From: Flaccisagitta enflata
Taxonomy: Eukaryota
Reading direction: 5' to 3'
NCBI GenBank assembly: GCA_965153355.1
Contig: OZ231126.1
Location: 30,690,001-30,754,000 of the forward strand
DNA length: 64,000 bases
Part shown: positions 1 to 13,617 of the stretch, piece by piece
How the letters are laid out: every line of letters begins with the position of its first letter
Numbering within the stretch: position 1 is the stretch's first letter
The notes under the pieces: generated by a model
Told to the model about the DNA's origin: nothing
Seen by the model: the letters and a program-made list of their open reading frames with translations, nothing else
Database searches by the model: none
Program-made: the position numbers and the translations under genes

Positions 1-39
1 AATTTGCACTTTGACCAAAATTCCCAAATAGCCTAGGGT

Positions 40-960
40 TAACATACATAAATCACTGTGTTCTGGGTTGTGTGACATACATCGGAGAAAACTGTGTAGT
101 GTGACGTACATTGGAGAATTCTTGGCTGTGTGACATACATTGAATAAAACTGGGTTGTGTGACATACATCGGAGAATTCTGGGTTGTGTGACATACATCA
201 GTGAACACTGGATGGTGTGACATACATCTGAGAATTCTGGGCTGTGTGACATACATTGGAGAAAACTGGGTGGTGTAACATACATTGGAGAATTCTGGGC
301 TGTGTGACATACATCAGGGAAAACTGGGTGGTGTGACATGCATAGGAGAATTCTGGGCTGTGTGACATACATTGGAGAAAACTGGGTGGTGTGACATACA
401 TTGAAGAATTATAGGCTGTGGGACATACATCGGAGAAAACTGGGTGGTGTGACATACATCGGAGAATTCTGGGCTGTGTGACATACATTGGAGAAAACTG
501 GGTGGTGTGACATACATTGGAGAATTCTGGGCTGTGTGACATACATCGGAGAAAACTGGGTGGTGTGACATACATCGGAGAATTCTGGGTTGTGTGACAT
601 ACATCGGAGAAAACTGGATGGTAAGACATACACTGGAGAATTTTGGGCTGTGTGACATACATCGGAGAAAACTGGGTGGTGTGACATACATCGGAGAAAA
701 CTGGGTGGTGTGACATACATCGGAGACATCTAGGCTGTGTGACATACATCGGAGAAAACTGGATAGTGTGACATACATCTGAGAATTCTGGGCTCTGTGA
801 CACACATCGGAGAAAACTGGGTGGTGTGACATACATTGGAGAAAACTGGATAGTGTGACATACATCTGAGAATTCTGGGCTCTGTGACACACATCGGAGA
901 AAACTGGGTGGTGTGACATACATCGGAGAAAACTGGGTGGTGTGACATACATCAGAGAAT
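40..960. repeat. 29-bp tandem satellite with alternating variants (58-bp dimer)
   Basis: Units ATCGGAGAAAACTGGGTGGTGTGACATAC and ATYGGAGAATTCTGGGCTGTGTGACATAC mostly alternate, ~31 copies; stray units at ~1095-1165. Explains the spurious minus-strand ORFs. Confidence 0.95.
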
Positions 961-1228
961 TCTGCGTTGTGGTATTATACAGAAATGAGTAGCTTTTGAA
1001 TGTTTTATTTTGTTAATAAATAAAAAATATGTTAAGTCTTTTTTAAATGATATTTTTCTAAAGTTTTTTGTAAGATACTTTTTGTTGCACATTTCATACA
1101 TTGGAGAAAACTGGATGGTGTGACATACATACAGGAGAAAACTGTTCTGCAAGTGTGACATACACAGACGAACGAACGAACGAGCGGAGAAATCTGTGGA
1201 ACTTAGGTGTTCCACTATCGTGGAACAC

Positions 1229-1448
1229 AACAAGGCCGGAAACATGCTACCTTAATTGCGTGCGACTGGACAGGGGGCATATTTGAGGTCAGTGGAGCAT
1301 TTGGGCAGGAGCAGTTTGGTAAAAAACCTCATAAATGCCGAGAAAGTAAATTGTGACAGATGGACAGACTGACCAATGGATGGAGTGACAGACCAACAGA
1401 CATATGGACCAACATTTCAGGGTGTAGATTCACGTAGCACCCAGCTAA
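1229..1448 (-). mobile_element. HINE/DINE-1-like non-autonomous element, family A (diverged)
   Basis: Reverse-oriented copy of the AGTCGCGTGCACGCGACT...GCCGTGTATCCGGCCTTGTT family with a GACR microsatellite. Confidence 0.6.
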
Positions 1449-1648
1449 AAATGAAAGCAATACCAGATTTGCGCCAAATGGAAATAGTATCCAAGTCAAA
1501 GATTACAATGATTTGCGATTTTAATGATTCATGGGTAAAAGTATCCAAGACAAAGTGCGTCTTTTTTCATCTGCGTGGTACCAATTGTCCCAGTATCATG
1601 AACAACATTGAAATAACATTAATTCAAAATGGTGGAATTGGTTTTCAG

Positions 1649-1711
1649 GTGTTCCTGGACAGCATGGAGCCAGAGGAGATCCAGGAGAGAAAGGACAAAG
1701 AGGAGAAAAAG
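1649..1711 (+). CDS. Collagen triple-helix exon (63 nt, 7 Gly-X-Y triplets)
   Basis: tttcag acceptor and gtgagt donor; translates GVPGQHGARGDPGEKGQRGEK with phase-1 split Gly codons. Confidence 0.9.
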
Positions 1712-1815
1712 GTGAGTATCTAACTGGTTGTGTTGTTGAAATGATAAGAATAATCTAAAATTGCTGTTAGACTAATAACATAAACAACATTGGATAAAAT
1801 ATAAACTCAATTCAG

Positions 1816-1914
1816 GTCCGCAAGGAGGAGAAGGCAATCCTGGACCAATTGGAGCCAGGGGGGAGCAAGGACCAAGAGGATTAAGAGGAGAAAGAGGAGA
1901 AGATGGAGGAAGAG
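1816..1914 (+). CDS. Collagen triple-helix exon (99 nt, 11 Gly-X-Y triplets)
   Basis: ttcag acceptor and gtgagt donor; GPQGGEGNPGPIGARGEQGPRGLRGERGEDGGR; in phase with the previous exon across a 104-nt intron. Confidence 0.9.
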
Positions 1915-2823
1915 GTGAGTACTGTTGTGGCTGGTATATTGTCAGGAATTTTGGTACTGATAATTTACTGCTGTTTAACGCCATTTATCAAGCCTTTATA
2001 GGCACCATAAATTAACTAAAAAGAAGTAAAAATAGGTGAAAAAGGTGGTTGTTTATCAATGGTTACCTGTATGCTGTTAATTGACAGGCATTTTTAGTGC
2101 TAATTAACAAGGAATTTCACCCGTTAATTAACGGGTGTTTTTCATTGTTAATTAAAACTTGAAACATGTCAATCCAGAATGATTTCAGGGGTCCGTTCCT
2201 ATGGGTTAACCATGGTTTTTTTGGGTGATCTTAGGCTCAAATAATGTAGAACTTTATCGTTTACGACGAGATAGCAATATGGCTGACATAAAGACAATTT
2301 GGATCATGTTAAATTTGTAAAAAAAAAAATATTTAGAATTTATACAAAAAGCGATGAAGGTAAGGGGAAAAGTAGACTCAAGGTGTGCAGAAAGGATGAG
2401 CATTATGTTTGTTTATTCATAATTCCAACCCAAAAACATCTGAAGAATACCTTTTATTGCTGCAAAACCATAAATAATTGCCAGTAGCACAATATTGTAT
2501 GTTTTTTTTTCAGTGGAAATATCAGCATAGTTACACCACAAAATAAGAAAGTTTTCTGAGGACTGTTGTCCCTAAATTCTTGAGAGGCGGGGATTTGCTT
2601 GCTGTCAGCCTTATGCACCGTGACGTGAGGTTTTCAAATCTGTTTCCAGATCTTTTCTAATGTAATGCGCGGCAAGGCGGCGTGTCATTGAGTGGGAGGT
2701 GGTAGAGCAGTTGGAACGATGATTTGATACAATGCGTCCTTTGTGTTTTACTCCTGCGACTAAATTTCTTAATGCACACGAAAGAGGTGAAGACACAGAA
2801 ATATATATATGTATATATATACA

Positions 2824-2871
<48 letters not shown>

Positions 2872-2873
<2 letters not shown>

Positions 2874-3412
2874 GGGTGGACATAAAAAAGGTGGCTCTTC
2901 ATCTCAATAATATAAAAACTATTCTTGATTGCCAATTTTGTGATCACTCAAAGGAGGGGAGTCTTTGAAGTGGTGTATATGATTATAATATTCAAATTCA
3001 AATCGAGTTTGGTCAACCAAAATTTTTCTCCTGAGCGTTATTCCCTATCTATAATAAAAAATGATGATTGATTATTACTGGTGTTTTGGTTATGCATTTG
3101 GGTTTTTTTCTTAAAGATGTTAGTGTTTTTACTTTCCTAAGACCTACTTTTACTCAACTATAGCAATTTGAAAGTAAACTTTTGTAAAAACACTGTTTTT
3201 CAGTCAAATTAATGCAAAATTTCTCAAGTGGTCCCTAATTCAATTCAGTTTTTTTAAGATAACTTGAAAAATATTGCTCTTCATAAAAAAATGTCCATTA
3301 TAGAATATGAAGGCCACAATCATATCTAGATAACTAAAAAGATTTATCTACCTAAAAGATATTTTAAAGGTGATATCAAAAAATCAAAAGCTACCTTTTA
3401 AAAGTCCACCCA
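2872..3412. mobile_element. TA-flanked MITE (Tc1/mariner-like); partial inverted second copy at ~7694-8050
   Basis: Imperfect TIRs CGGGTGGACATAAAAAAGGTGGCT / AGCTACCTTTTAAAAGTCCACCCA between (TA)n tracts; the interior is repeated in reverse at 7694 onward. Confidence 0.65.
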
Positions 3413-5249
3413 TTATATATATATATATATATGTATATACATATATCAATGGCCAAAAAAAAAACCGGACACTGCTAATTTCTATCATAACTTGGTGCTG
3501 CTTTTGAAAAACTACATAAAGTCTATGACCATTCTAAAGAGCTTCAAAAATTCTTCGATTTGAGTTGTTGAACGAAATTCTAACTTAAAAACTCTAGAAG
3601 TTATGTTAATTTCAAAAAAGAGTATCAAATTGAAATCTGCCAGATATGACGTTTTTTTCTAACTTGAATTCATGGACTGAATGTCTTTATCTGATTACCA
3701 TTTCTAAACGGATTGACTCAAAAATGTCTGCTTGGCGCCGTTTTGTAGACAATGAGTTGTATTTTCATTTTCTCTTAAATTTTTCTTAGTTTCCTTTTGT
3801 CAGATATGTTTTATATGCTTTTAAAGTCAGAATCACAAGTACAGAATTCCTTCTATTGACAGATTATGGTGATACTCACTTCAAACTGTTGCCATTTCTA
3901 AACGATTTGAGCTAAAACTTTCTGCTTGGTCTAGATTTGAAGAACTTTCGAAGATCTTTCAAACGATCACTGATTTTTTGTATTTTCATTGAGAGTGAGC
4001 CGGTCAAAAGGCATCATGCTAAGCCAACTGAGGACGGGTGGATTTCGTCAATTTTACATGTTGGAAAATTGAAGAAAATCATACATCATTATGTAGCCCA
4101 GCTATTATTACATATGGATCCATACTTAGATTTTCTTAAGTACGCTCATTTTTCATGCAAATAAGGCTTAAAAAGGTATTATAGGCAGTTTTATTACTAA
4201 AGAATTTAGCTAAATACAATAAAGAAATCAATATGACAGTAAATTTCTTATTGATAACGTTCAAGTAATCATGTGTGATCATATGTTGCAAAGAAATTTT
4301 TGAATTTTTTAGTTTTTTTTTAAAACTCTATAAGTACCATTTCTGGCTGGGTGGGCTGTTGGAGAAAAATTTCTTTACCCAAGTGCCTATTCAAGCCAGT
4401 GATGAGGAACCTTCAAGGAAGCTTCATGCAAAATTTCAACCAGATCGGACAATTATTATATGGAAGTTATGCCTTTTTTTAATTTTTTCATCTGGTAGGC
4501 TGGTTGGTCTGGTTGGACTGCATAAAAATTTTTAGGTCGCATCCATGCCAAATTTCAATGGGCTAGCTCGAACAGTTCCTGAGATATGCCAATTTTAATT
4601 TTAAGAAATTTTACCAAATTAAAACACAAAAGCATCGCGCATTTTTGTGAGAAGCGCTGTGTGGAAACAAAGAATTAATTGATGAGCCGTCCATGAGCAT
4701 ATCAATTCTGTTCACACTTCAGGACCAACAAAATGTAAAATTTCATAATGACGAAATGCCTGAGAGTTAAGGTTTCAATCAGGGGAGAATCAAAATTTCA
4801 CGTCCTTTCACATGGTGTGGTCAGATTTTATGTGAATTGTTTCATTTTCACACCATAGTGGCATATTTAAAGCGTTAGGTATGCGTTAGGATCAAGTTTG
4901 GGGGTGTGCGCGAATTGATACGCTCCAAGAAAAGAACCATTTCTCTGCATAGGATCAACCCAATAACATGAAAATGGAGGGAAATGTCCTTCAAGTTGTT
5001 GTCCATCAAATTGCAAGAAAAAAAAGGCCGGATACACGGCAATCCAGTCGTGAACGGTTGGGCAGGAGCGGTAATGCAAAAGAAACCGCTCGAATTCAAA
5101 AAGAAATATGACGGACCGGACAGCAGACGGACCAACCTGACGGACAACATATAACCTACCCGACCGACACGGCAAGGTGTAGAATTGCGTGTCCGACACC
5201 ATTGACTCCCAGTGGTCTGTCTCAAATTTGACTCAAAAATAACAGTGGA

Positions 5250-6490
5250 CCACCGCTACCTCTGCCTCCACTGTTATAGCCCCCCTCCTGCCACCGCCAC
5301 CCTCACCAGCTTTGTTGCCCCCTCCCATGCTCACAATGTGAGTACACATCTTCCTCACCATTAAAGTGAAAAAAAAATTCTCTCTACCTCCATCCCCCTC
5401 CTCCTCCTCAACCACCACTGCCTCCTCATTCCTCCTTGCCCACCACCTCCTCTCTCAACCTCCTCCTCCTCCTCCACCGCCGCCGCCACCTCCTCCCCCA
5501 CAACCCACCTCGCCTCCTCCTCCCTGCCGCCGCCTCCTCCTTTTCCGCCACCGCCTCTCTCTCTCCATTTCTGCTGCCTGCCTCCTCTTCCTCTCCTCTT
5601 CCCTCCTCCCACCACCATGCCGCTGCCGCCACCGCCGCCGCCACCGCCTCCGCCTCCTCTCCTTGAATTTTTTTTTAATTATTCTTTTAATTCATTTCAA
5701 ATACTTTTTTTAGATTTTCTTTTTCTTTTTTTTTTCATTTCTTTTATTTGATTTCTTTTAAATTTGATTCTTTTTTTGATATTTTATAAAATGTTCTTTA
5801 AATTTTTTTAAATTTGATTTTTTTTTTTTTTTGTAAAGGAGGCGGCGGCGGCGGCGGTTGGGGAGGAGGGAGGACATGACAGCGGCAGAAAAGCAGAGCG
5901 GCAGCAGCAGCAGCCGGCAGCGACGACTGTAGAGTGGGAGGAGGATGAGAGGAAGGCGCGGTGTGGAGGTAGAGGCAGCGGCAGCGGCGGCAGCAGCAGC
6001 GGTGGCGGAGGGCGAGGAGGAGAGGAGAGCAGCGGCGGCAGCGGAGGACCGAGGAGTGGAGGCGCGGCGCGGCAGCGGAGAAGAGCGGGGAGGAGAGGAG
6101 CGGCAGCGGCAGCGAGAAGGACGAGGAGGAGAGGAGGCGGCGGCGGCACGGCGGAGGGCGAGGAGGACAGGCGGCAGCGGCGGAAAGATGAGGAGGAGTG
6201 CGGGCGGCGCCAGCGGGAAGGACGAGGAGGATGGGAGGGCGGCGGTGGCAGCGGCGGCGGGAAGGACGAGGAGGAGTGGACGGCGGCGGCGGCGGCGGCG
6301 GCAGCGGAGGAGGAGGAGCAGCAGCCGCTTGGGAGGGAGACGGCAGCAGCGTTGAGATAGAAACGCTGAAAGTAATCTCTACAATGAAAATACCATGATA
6401 CAAAGAAGCAAATGGGGAGAGGCAGCAGCAGAAGGTGAGATCATGTAGACATGTTTGTTGTGCATGGAGGCAGAGGCGGCGCGCCGGCAG
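5250..6490. repeat. Decayed GC-rich low-complexity inverted repeat around an AT-rich core
   Basis: (CCG/CCT)-rich arm 5250-5660, T-rich core 5665-5835, (GGC/GGA)-rich arm 5837-6490; non-repetitive parts of the arms are also roughly complementary. Confidence 0.55.
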
Positions 6491-7259
6491 AGGCAGTGCT
6501 TAGCCTTTTGGCAACCTATCTAAGTAGGAGTCAATATATTGTGAAGAGAAAGAGAGAGGGCTGGTATAGTAGCCATTAGGAGAAAAGAGGGTGGTGGGTG
6601 GTCCCAGAGTCATGTTAGCAGTTGGATACAGGCAGAGAGAGCAGAGTGGCAATAGCCCTAATAAGATGGCGCTCAGCCAGGCAGGGGCTATGACAGAGAT
6701 CATTTCAATACTGGTGTCACTACCTCCATGTCCCATAACTAAAACGCTAAATGTTTAAGATAAATGAGGTTTAAAAAAATAAATATCATGCCATTCAATC
6801 TTGAGAGAAAAAAAAGTAAAAAAATCGAGAAGGAGTAAGTGTGATTTTCCTACCATTTTTTGACAACCTATTGATAAAGTAGTGAGTTGAATTCTTTTGT
6901 ATATCCTGTGGGATTGATACTAGTTGATAAACACTCATAATATCATAAGATCTGAGCCGGATCTTGCATTAGGTTTATAAGGCTTGAGCCTATTACACAC
7001 AGGAGACAGAATGGAGACGCGCCAAAAAGAGCTCTTTGAACCAATTTTTAGACCCTCTAGCAGTAGGGAGGGTTACAAAAAATGGTTTGAAAGGGTACAC
7101 TGGGTAGTTATGAATGTCTTTGGACCATTTGATTCATTTATAATGCTGTATGAAGCTTAGGCCAATAGATTGGCAGAAGTCAAGAACCTCAAACATGCTG
7201 TGGAACAATGACATTTATATATATGTATATATATATATATGTATATATATGTGTACTTA

Positions 7260-7653
7260 CTACTCGACTCAATAAAAAAGCCGCACTTTTAAAAAGCAAA
7301 TTGATATATTGAATTTTAAAAAGTTTAATTGAAATTTCAGACTATTAGAAAGCTCTTGAAAAAGATCTTTCATTTGGCTCCAATCTGGTAATTCTAGCTT
7401 TATTTGTTAAGAAATGGCATGTCCTATTTCAGTTTCGCAAATCCCTAACAAAAAAATACATTTGCAAAATGAGTACCTCTCTCTGCTGACTCTAAACTCT
7501 AAACCGTTTGAGATACAGATCTGGGATTGGTCAAGAATGAAAGAAAATTCAAAAATCTTTCAAATCATTTTAACAGAAAAATTTTTTAAATATTTTTTTT
7601 CTTCTTATTTATCAACTCAAAATAGGGTGCGGCTTTTTTTTTGAGTCGAGTAG
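7260..7653. mobile_element. TA-flanked MITE, copy 1
   Basis: TIR CTACTCGACTCAATAAAAAAGCCGCAC / GTGCGGCTTTTTTTTTGAGTCGAGTAG, TA on both sides; colinear homolog at 62940-63349. Confidence 0.85.
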
Positions 7654-9315
7654 TATATATATATATATATATAGATAAATAGATATATATATAACGGGTG
7701 GTCTTTAAAAAAGTAGCTTTTAATCTTTTTGATAACACTTAAAAAAATTTTCCGAGGTAAAAATTTTTTTAGCAACCTAAAGATGATTGTAGCCTACATG
7801 TTCTGTTATAAACATTTTTCATGAGGATAAACATTTTCCGTTTTATCTAAAAAAAACTGAATTGAATTAGGGACTTCTTAAAGAATTTTGCTTAAATTTG
7901 ACTAAAAATCAATGATTTTAACAAAATTTACTTTTGAATGAAGGTAGTTCAATAAAAGTCGGTCCACACCCGAAACACTAATTATAATCAATTATCACTT
8001 TTGATTATAAACAGGCAGTAATGCTCAGAAAAAGTTATTTTGGTCTATCACACAGGGCGAACAACCTCAAGAGGGGGGAAAGCAAAAGCTGATTCCTCTC
8101 AAACTACTCATGATATTCAAAATCTGAAAGTTTTTCCTAGTAGGGAACTGCCTGACGTTTGTTTCTTTTGCTTTGGTTTGTAAGAAATCGGAAATCAAAG
8201 TAGTTGAGAGGATGTGGCCAAAATTGCGAAGTTTTCTCTCCATGCACAGAAAAAGTTCTTTTTTTGATTCTCAATCAAATGATTGTTTCAGACATGGAAA
8301 TGCCATGGCAACATGAAATTGGATGTAGAAACTAAAAAACAATTATGGTGCTTCATTTTGAAACCAAGATCACAATTTTGGGCCCATTTATTAAGAATTT
8401 GAAAATAGAAAAGTGAAAAAACAGGTTTTAAAGAAATCAGGTCCAAATGCCGTTTCTAACATATGTGCAAAAATCAGGCGGAAATGTGTTACTGATTAAG
8501 TGTAACAACTGCTGTCAATACCCATAGAACTCCCCCAAAATAGCTTGATGAGCCTTAATTCATGAGTACGGAATATTACATCCCATGGTTATGGCTTTGA
8601 TGTCCAGCAGACCTTGTTTTATGGTAATCTGTCAAAAAATCCTCGAGGGCAACAATGACTAAATTCAATTTTTCTTTATTTCATTTAACTGCATGTAGTC
8701 CAGGTCAGACCTTCTTACGGGGCAAAAACTGCGCAGTTTCTGTGTCAGTTTACTTTTGGATACTCTACCCTACAAGTATCTGTCAAATTTGCTACTTTAT
8801 TCCCTCTCAAAGTGCTTAAAATGCCTTGTTATTAGGGGAAATTTTTAGAAACGTAAACATGGGGGCAAATCGCCCCCGTTGACCATCAAGGCCTCAGATT
8901 AGCCCTCCCATACCTTAATTCAGCCCTCCAGGCCTCAAATCAGTCCTCTTGGCTTCAAATCAGCCCCCCCATGCCTCAAATCTACCCTCCAGACCTCAAA
9001 TCTGCCTCAGACCTTCCAATCCAGTAGCCCTCCGGGCACCAAAACCAGCCCTCCAAACTTTTCAAATGTGCTCTCCCTGCCGTAATGCCTCCAGCCCTAA
9101 AATATACTGTATCAGCCCATCTAGAAGATGAAGCGGAAAGGCAGTTGATCTCGAAATTCCACCTGTGTTCTACAGGACCCCTTCAGCCACACTTGGGGCA
9201 CCGCACTCTCTCACTCCACTTTTCTGGATCATGGCAGCAGGAAATCGGGTACCGCTGACCATGTGCGATCCTTGGATGACTGGATACTTTTTTGTTTCAT
9301 TTCTATCTCCTTTTT

Positions 9316-9775
9316 GGGCAGCGGCCCCGAAGGGGTCGATGACCTATCCTTTCACACATAATTTGCTCCTCCTTCTTCTACTTCTCCCTTCTCCTTTGTG
9401 CCTCCCTCCCCAACCTCCGGGCCCATATCTCAGCCTGGAGGCCTTTGTCCCATCCTGCAGGCCCCAGTCCAGTCACAGACCCAAATCCCACCCTCAAGGC
9501 CCCAGTCCCAACCCAAAGGCCCCAGATTCCACTCTCTAGGGATTTGGGCCTCCAGACTAGGATTTGGGCCTGGAGAATGGGATATGGGCCTCCAGACTGA
9601 ATGGGCCTGGAGAGCTGAGGAGTGAGGATGGGGAGGGGAGAGGAGGAAAGAAGAAACTCCCCATGTGGCATAGTGTCTGACCCTTTAAGACACCTCTCTC
9701 CCCCCTCAACTGTCCCCAAACCCTGCTTAAGCAGGGCACAGATACCGCTGTCCATCTAACTCTTTTGCGACTTTT
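9316..9775 (+). mobile_element. HINE-like element, family B
   Basis: Starts GGGCAGCGGCCCCGAAGGGG after a T-run and ends ACCGCTGTCCAT...GCGACT in a T-run; same ends as 11397-12030 and 34588-35364. Confidence 0.6.
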
Positions 9776-9873
9776 TTCAATCTTTCTTTTTTCCTTTCTG
9801 CCGTTCTTTTTCTCTTTGTTTCTTTCTTTGTTTCTTACTTCCTAATTTCATTCTTTTCTTTTCATTCTTTATT

Positions 9874-11313
9874 TAGTCGCGTGCATGGGACTCTATGACT
9901 CACTCTGTCCGTCGGTCCCTCCGTCTGTCTGTCCGTCCCTCTGTCCGTCGGTAACGCTTAGCTTTTTTTCGTGGTTTGACATTATTTTATGTCTTTTCAA
10001 GTTATTTTAAGTCATTTTAAGTCATCTTAAGTCATTTTGAGTCATTCTGAGTCATTCTAAGTCAGTTTAAGTCATTCAAAATCATTATCACAAGTCATTA
10101 CAAGTTATTCTAAGTCACTAAGTTATTTTTTGGCTCTTGTAGTTTTTGTCATCTTACGTCATCTTAAGTCATTGTAAGTAATCTCAAGTAATTCTAAGCC
10201 ATTTCAAGTCATCTCAAGTCATTTCAAGTCATTCTTAGTCATTCTAAGCCAGTTTAGGTCATTTTTTTTCTGCAAGGTTTGGTTTATATCTGGTTTATGT
10301 CTGGTTTAAGTCTGGTTTAGATCTGGTTTAAGTCTGGTTTAAGTCTGGTTTGAGTCTGGTTAAGGCCTGGTTTAGGCCTGGTTTGAGTTTGGTTTAAGTC
10401 TGGTTTAAGTTTGGTTTAAGTCTGGTTTAAGTCTGATTTAAGTCTGATTTAAGTCTGGTTTAAGTCTTGTTTAAGTCTGGTTTAAGTCTGGTTTAAGTCT
10501 GGTTAAAGTCTGGATTAAGTCTGGTTTAAGTCTGGATTAAGTCTGGTTTAAGTCTGGTTTAGGTCTGGATTAAGTCTGGATTAAGTCTAGTCTAGTTTAG
10601 GTCTGGTTTAGGTCTGGTTTAGGTCAGATTTAAGTCTAGTTTATGTCTGGTTTAAGTCTGGTTCAAATTTGGTTTAAGTCTGGTTTAAATCTGGTTTAAG
10701 TCTGGTTTAAGTCTGGTTTAAGTCTGGTTTAAGTCTGGTTTAAGTCTGGTCTAAGTCTGGTTAAAGTCTGGTCTAAGTCTGGTTAAAGTCTGGTTTAAGT
10801 TGGTTTAAGTCTGGATTAAGTCAGGTTTAGGTCTGGTTAAAGTTTGGTTAAGGTCTGCTAAAAGTCTAGTTTAAGTCTGGTTTAAGTCTCGTTTAGTTCT
10901 GGATTAAGTCTGGTTCAAGTCTGGTTTAAGTTTGGTTAAGGTCTGGTTTAAGTTTATTTAAGGTCTGGTTTAAGTATGGTTTAGGTCTGGAATAAGTCTG
11001 GTTTAGGTCTGGTTCAGGTCAGGTTTAAGTCTGGTTTAAGTCTGGTTTATGTCTGGTTTAAGTCTGGATTGAATCTGGTTTAAGTTTGGTTAAAGTCTGG
11101 TTGTGTGGTCTAGGTCTGGTTTAAGTCTGGTTCAAGTCCGGTTAAAGTCTGGTTTTAAGTCTAGCTAAGTTGGTTGAAGTCTGGTTTATGTCTGGTTTAA
11201 GTCCAATTTATGTCTGGTTAAAGTCAGGTTTAAGTCAATAAAGAGATACAATAAGGAGTCAGGTGAATTCAGTTATCAATCTCTCGCACGCGACTTATAG
11301 GTGTTGGCCTCGT
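9874..11313 (+). mobile_element. HINE/DINE-1-like element, family A, with internal 10-bp and 11-bp tandem arrays
   Basis: 5' TAGTCGCGTGCA subTIR plus GTCY microsatellite; AAGTCATTYT repeats then ~85 AAGTCTGGTTT units; 3' CACGCGACTTATAGGTGTTGGCC; T-run flanks, no TSD. Confidence 0.85.
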
Positions 11314-11396
11314 TTTTCTTTCTTTTGTTTCTTCCTTTTATTCTATCTATCTTTCTTTCGTTCTTTCTTTCTTTCTTTCTTTTTTTCATCCTTTTT

Positions 11397-12030
11397 GGGC
11401 AGCGGCCCCAAAGGGCCGATGTCCTGTAGGACACAGGGGTGAATTTCCAGACGTCCGTAGGTACGTCCGTACGTACGTCCCCCCACCCCCAGGCCCCTCT
11501 CAGACCCCAAATCAGCCCTCTCAAGCCCAAAATCAGCCCTCTCAAGCCCAAAATCAGCCCTCTCAGGCCCAAAATCAGCCCTCTCAAGCCCAAAATCAGC
11601 CCTCTCAAGCCCAAAATCAGCCCTCTCAGGCCCAAAATCAGCCCTCTCAGACTCAAAATCAGCCTCTCAGGCCCAAAATCAGCTCTTTCAGCTCCAAAAT
11701 TGGCTCCAAATTAGCCCCAAATCAGCCCTCTCAAGCCCAAAATCAGCCCTCTAGCCCAAAATCAGCTCTCTCAGGCCCAAAATCAGTCCTCTCAGGCCCA
11801 AAATCAGCCCTTTCAGCTCCAAAATTAGCTCTCTAATACCCTAAATCAGCCTTGTCAGGCTCAAAATCAAACCTTATCAACCATACAATGTGCCTTCTAA
11901 GATATTCTGTATGCCTACCACAGGACACTTCAGCCTTACAGGGCATGCCCTACTCTCCTCTCTTCTTCAGCTAGTCACTCTGTGCCTTTTTTAAGACACA
12001 CTGACCATGTGCGATCCTTGGATGACTAGT
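11397..12030 (+). mobile_element. HINE-like element, family B, with 21-bp internal tandem array
   Basis: GGGCAGCGGCCCC start, GTCC/GTAC microsatellite, CTCAAGCCCAAAATCAGCCCT repeats, CTGACCATGTGCGATCCTTGGATGACT end. Confidence 0.75.
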
Positions 12031-12279
12031 TTTCTTTTCTTCTTTCCTTCTTCTTTTCTTTCTTTACTAAAACCATCTTTTTTGGCAGCAGCCCCAAGAG
12101 GGACGAACTCCCGTGATATCAGGAGAACTTTGTTTTATCTGTCATTTTGTTAGTTTGTCCCCCTCCCCCCATCAGACCTCTCAGTCCTCTCAGACATAAA
12201 ATCCGACCACTCAGGTTTCAATACAAGCCTCTTAAGCCAGATATGGCTGACCACATTTTGGCGACTGGTTTTCCTTCCT

Positions 12280-12315
<36 letters not shown>

Positions 12316-12409
12316 TTTTTCTGTCTTTCTTTCATCTTCTTATTCCCTCTGTATTGTGTTTTTTTCTTTTCCTTTCTTAATAACACCATCTGTTTTCTTT
12401 CCTTCTATT

Positions 12410-12950
<541 letters not shown>

Positions 12951-13617
12951 AGTTGCTCAATTTTGCCCTATTTGGCTCGAATCTACTTCAAAGACTTGAT
13001 GCATCATAAACATCATTTCTGAACAGGTTGCCCAAGGGTAATATGTAATAGGCGAAACTGGTTGCCCTGGTTTTCATGATTGTGAATTGGAGAGAGGGGA
13101 CAAAGTCCTGTAGAACACAGGGAGACTGTGTCCATCTGTCTGTCCATCGTCCATCTGTCCATCCATCCATCCGTCCATCTGTCTGTCCATCCATCCATCA
13201 TCCATCTGTCCATCCGTCCGTTAGTCCATCCATCCGTCCATGCGTACGTCCCACCCAGGCCCTCTCAGGCCAAAAATTTGGCCTCTCAAGGCTGAAATCT
13301 AACTTCACGGGCTTGTAATCTGCCGTCTCCGGCCTTGAATCTGAGAGGGATAAGAGGCCTGCAAGCGCTTGAGAGGGCAGAATTCAGGTTTGAGAGGGCA
13401 GATTTCTGGCCTGAAAGGCAGATACAAGGCCTGAGAAGGCAGATCTCAAGCCTGAGAAGGCCGATCTTATTTGGAGAGCAATGATATGAGGCTTGAGAGG
13501 ATGGATGAGGCTTTAGAGGGCTGATTTGAGGCCTGAGAGGGCTAATGAGAACGGGTAGTGCTGTTCACCCCTTAGAAATGAAAATGTTTTGACAGCAAGT
13601 TTTTTACTCAATTACTA

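Noticed and set aside
40-960. CRISPR-like array or repetitive protein ORFs
   Set aside because: Units are contiguous with no unique spacers; ORFs in several frames are an artefact of a stop-free 29-bp repeat.
2514-2530. Possible terminal collagen exon (VEISA*)
   Set aside because: Only a good acceptor and compatible phase; too short to support.
5233-6403. Pro/Arg/Ala-rich ORFs
   Set aside because: Open in many frames on both strands because of low complexity; no domain or splice support.
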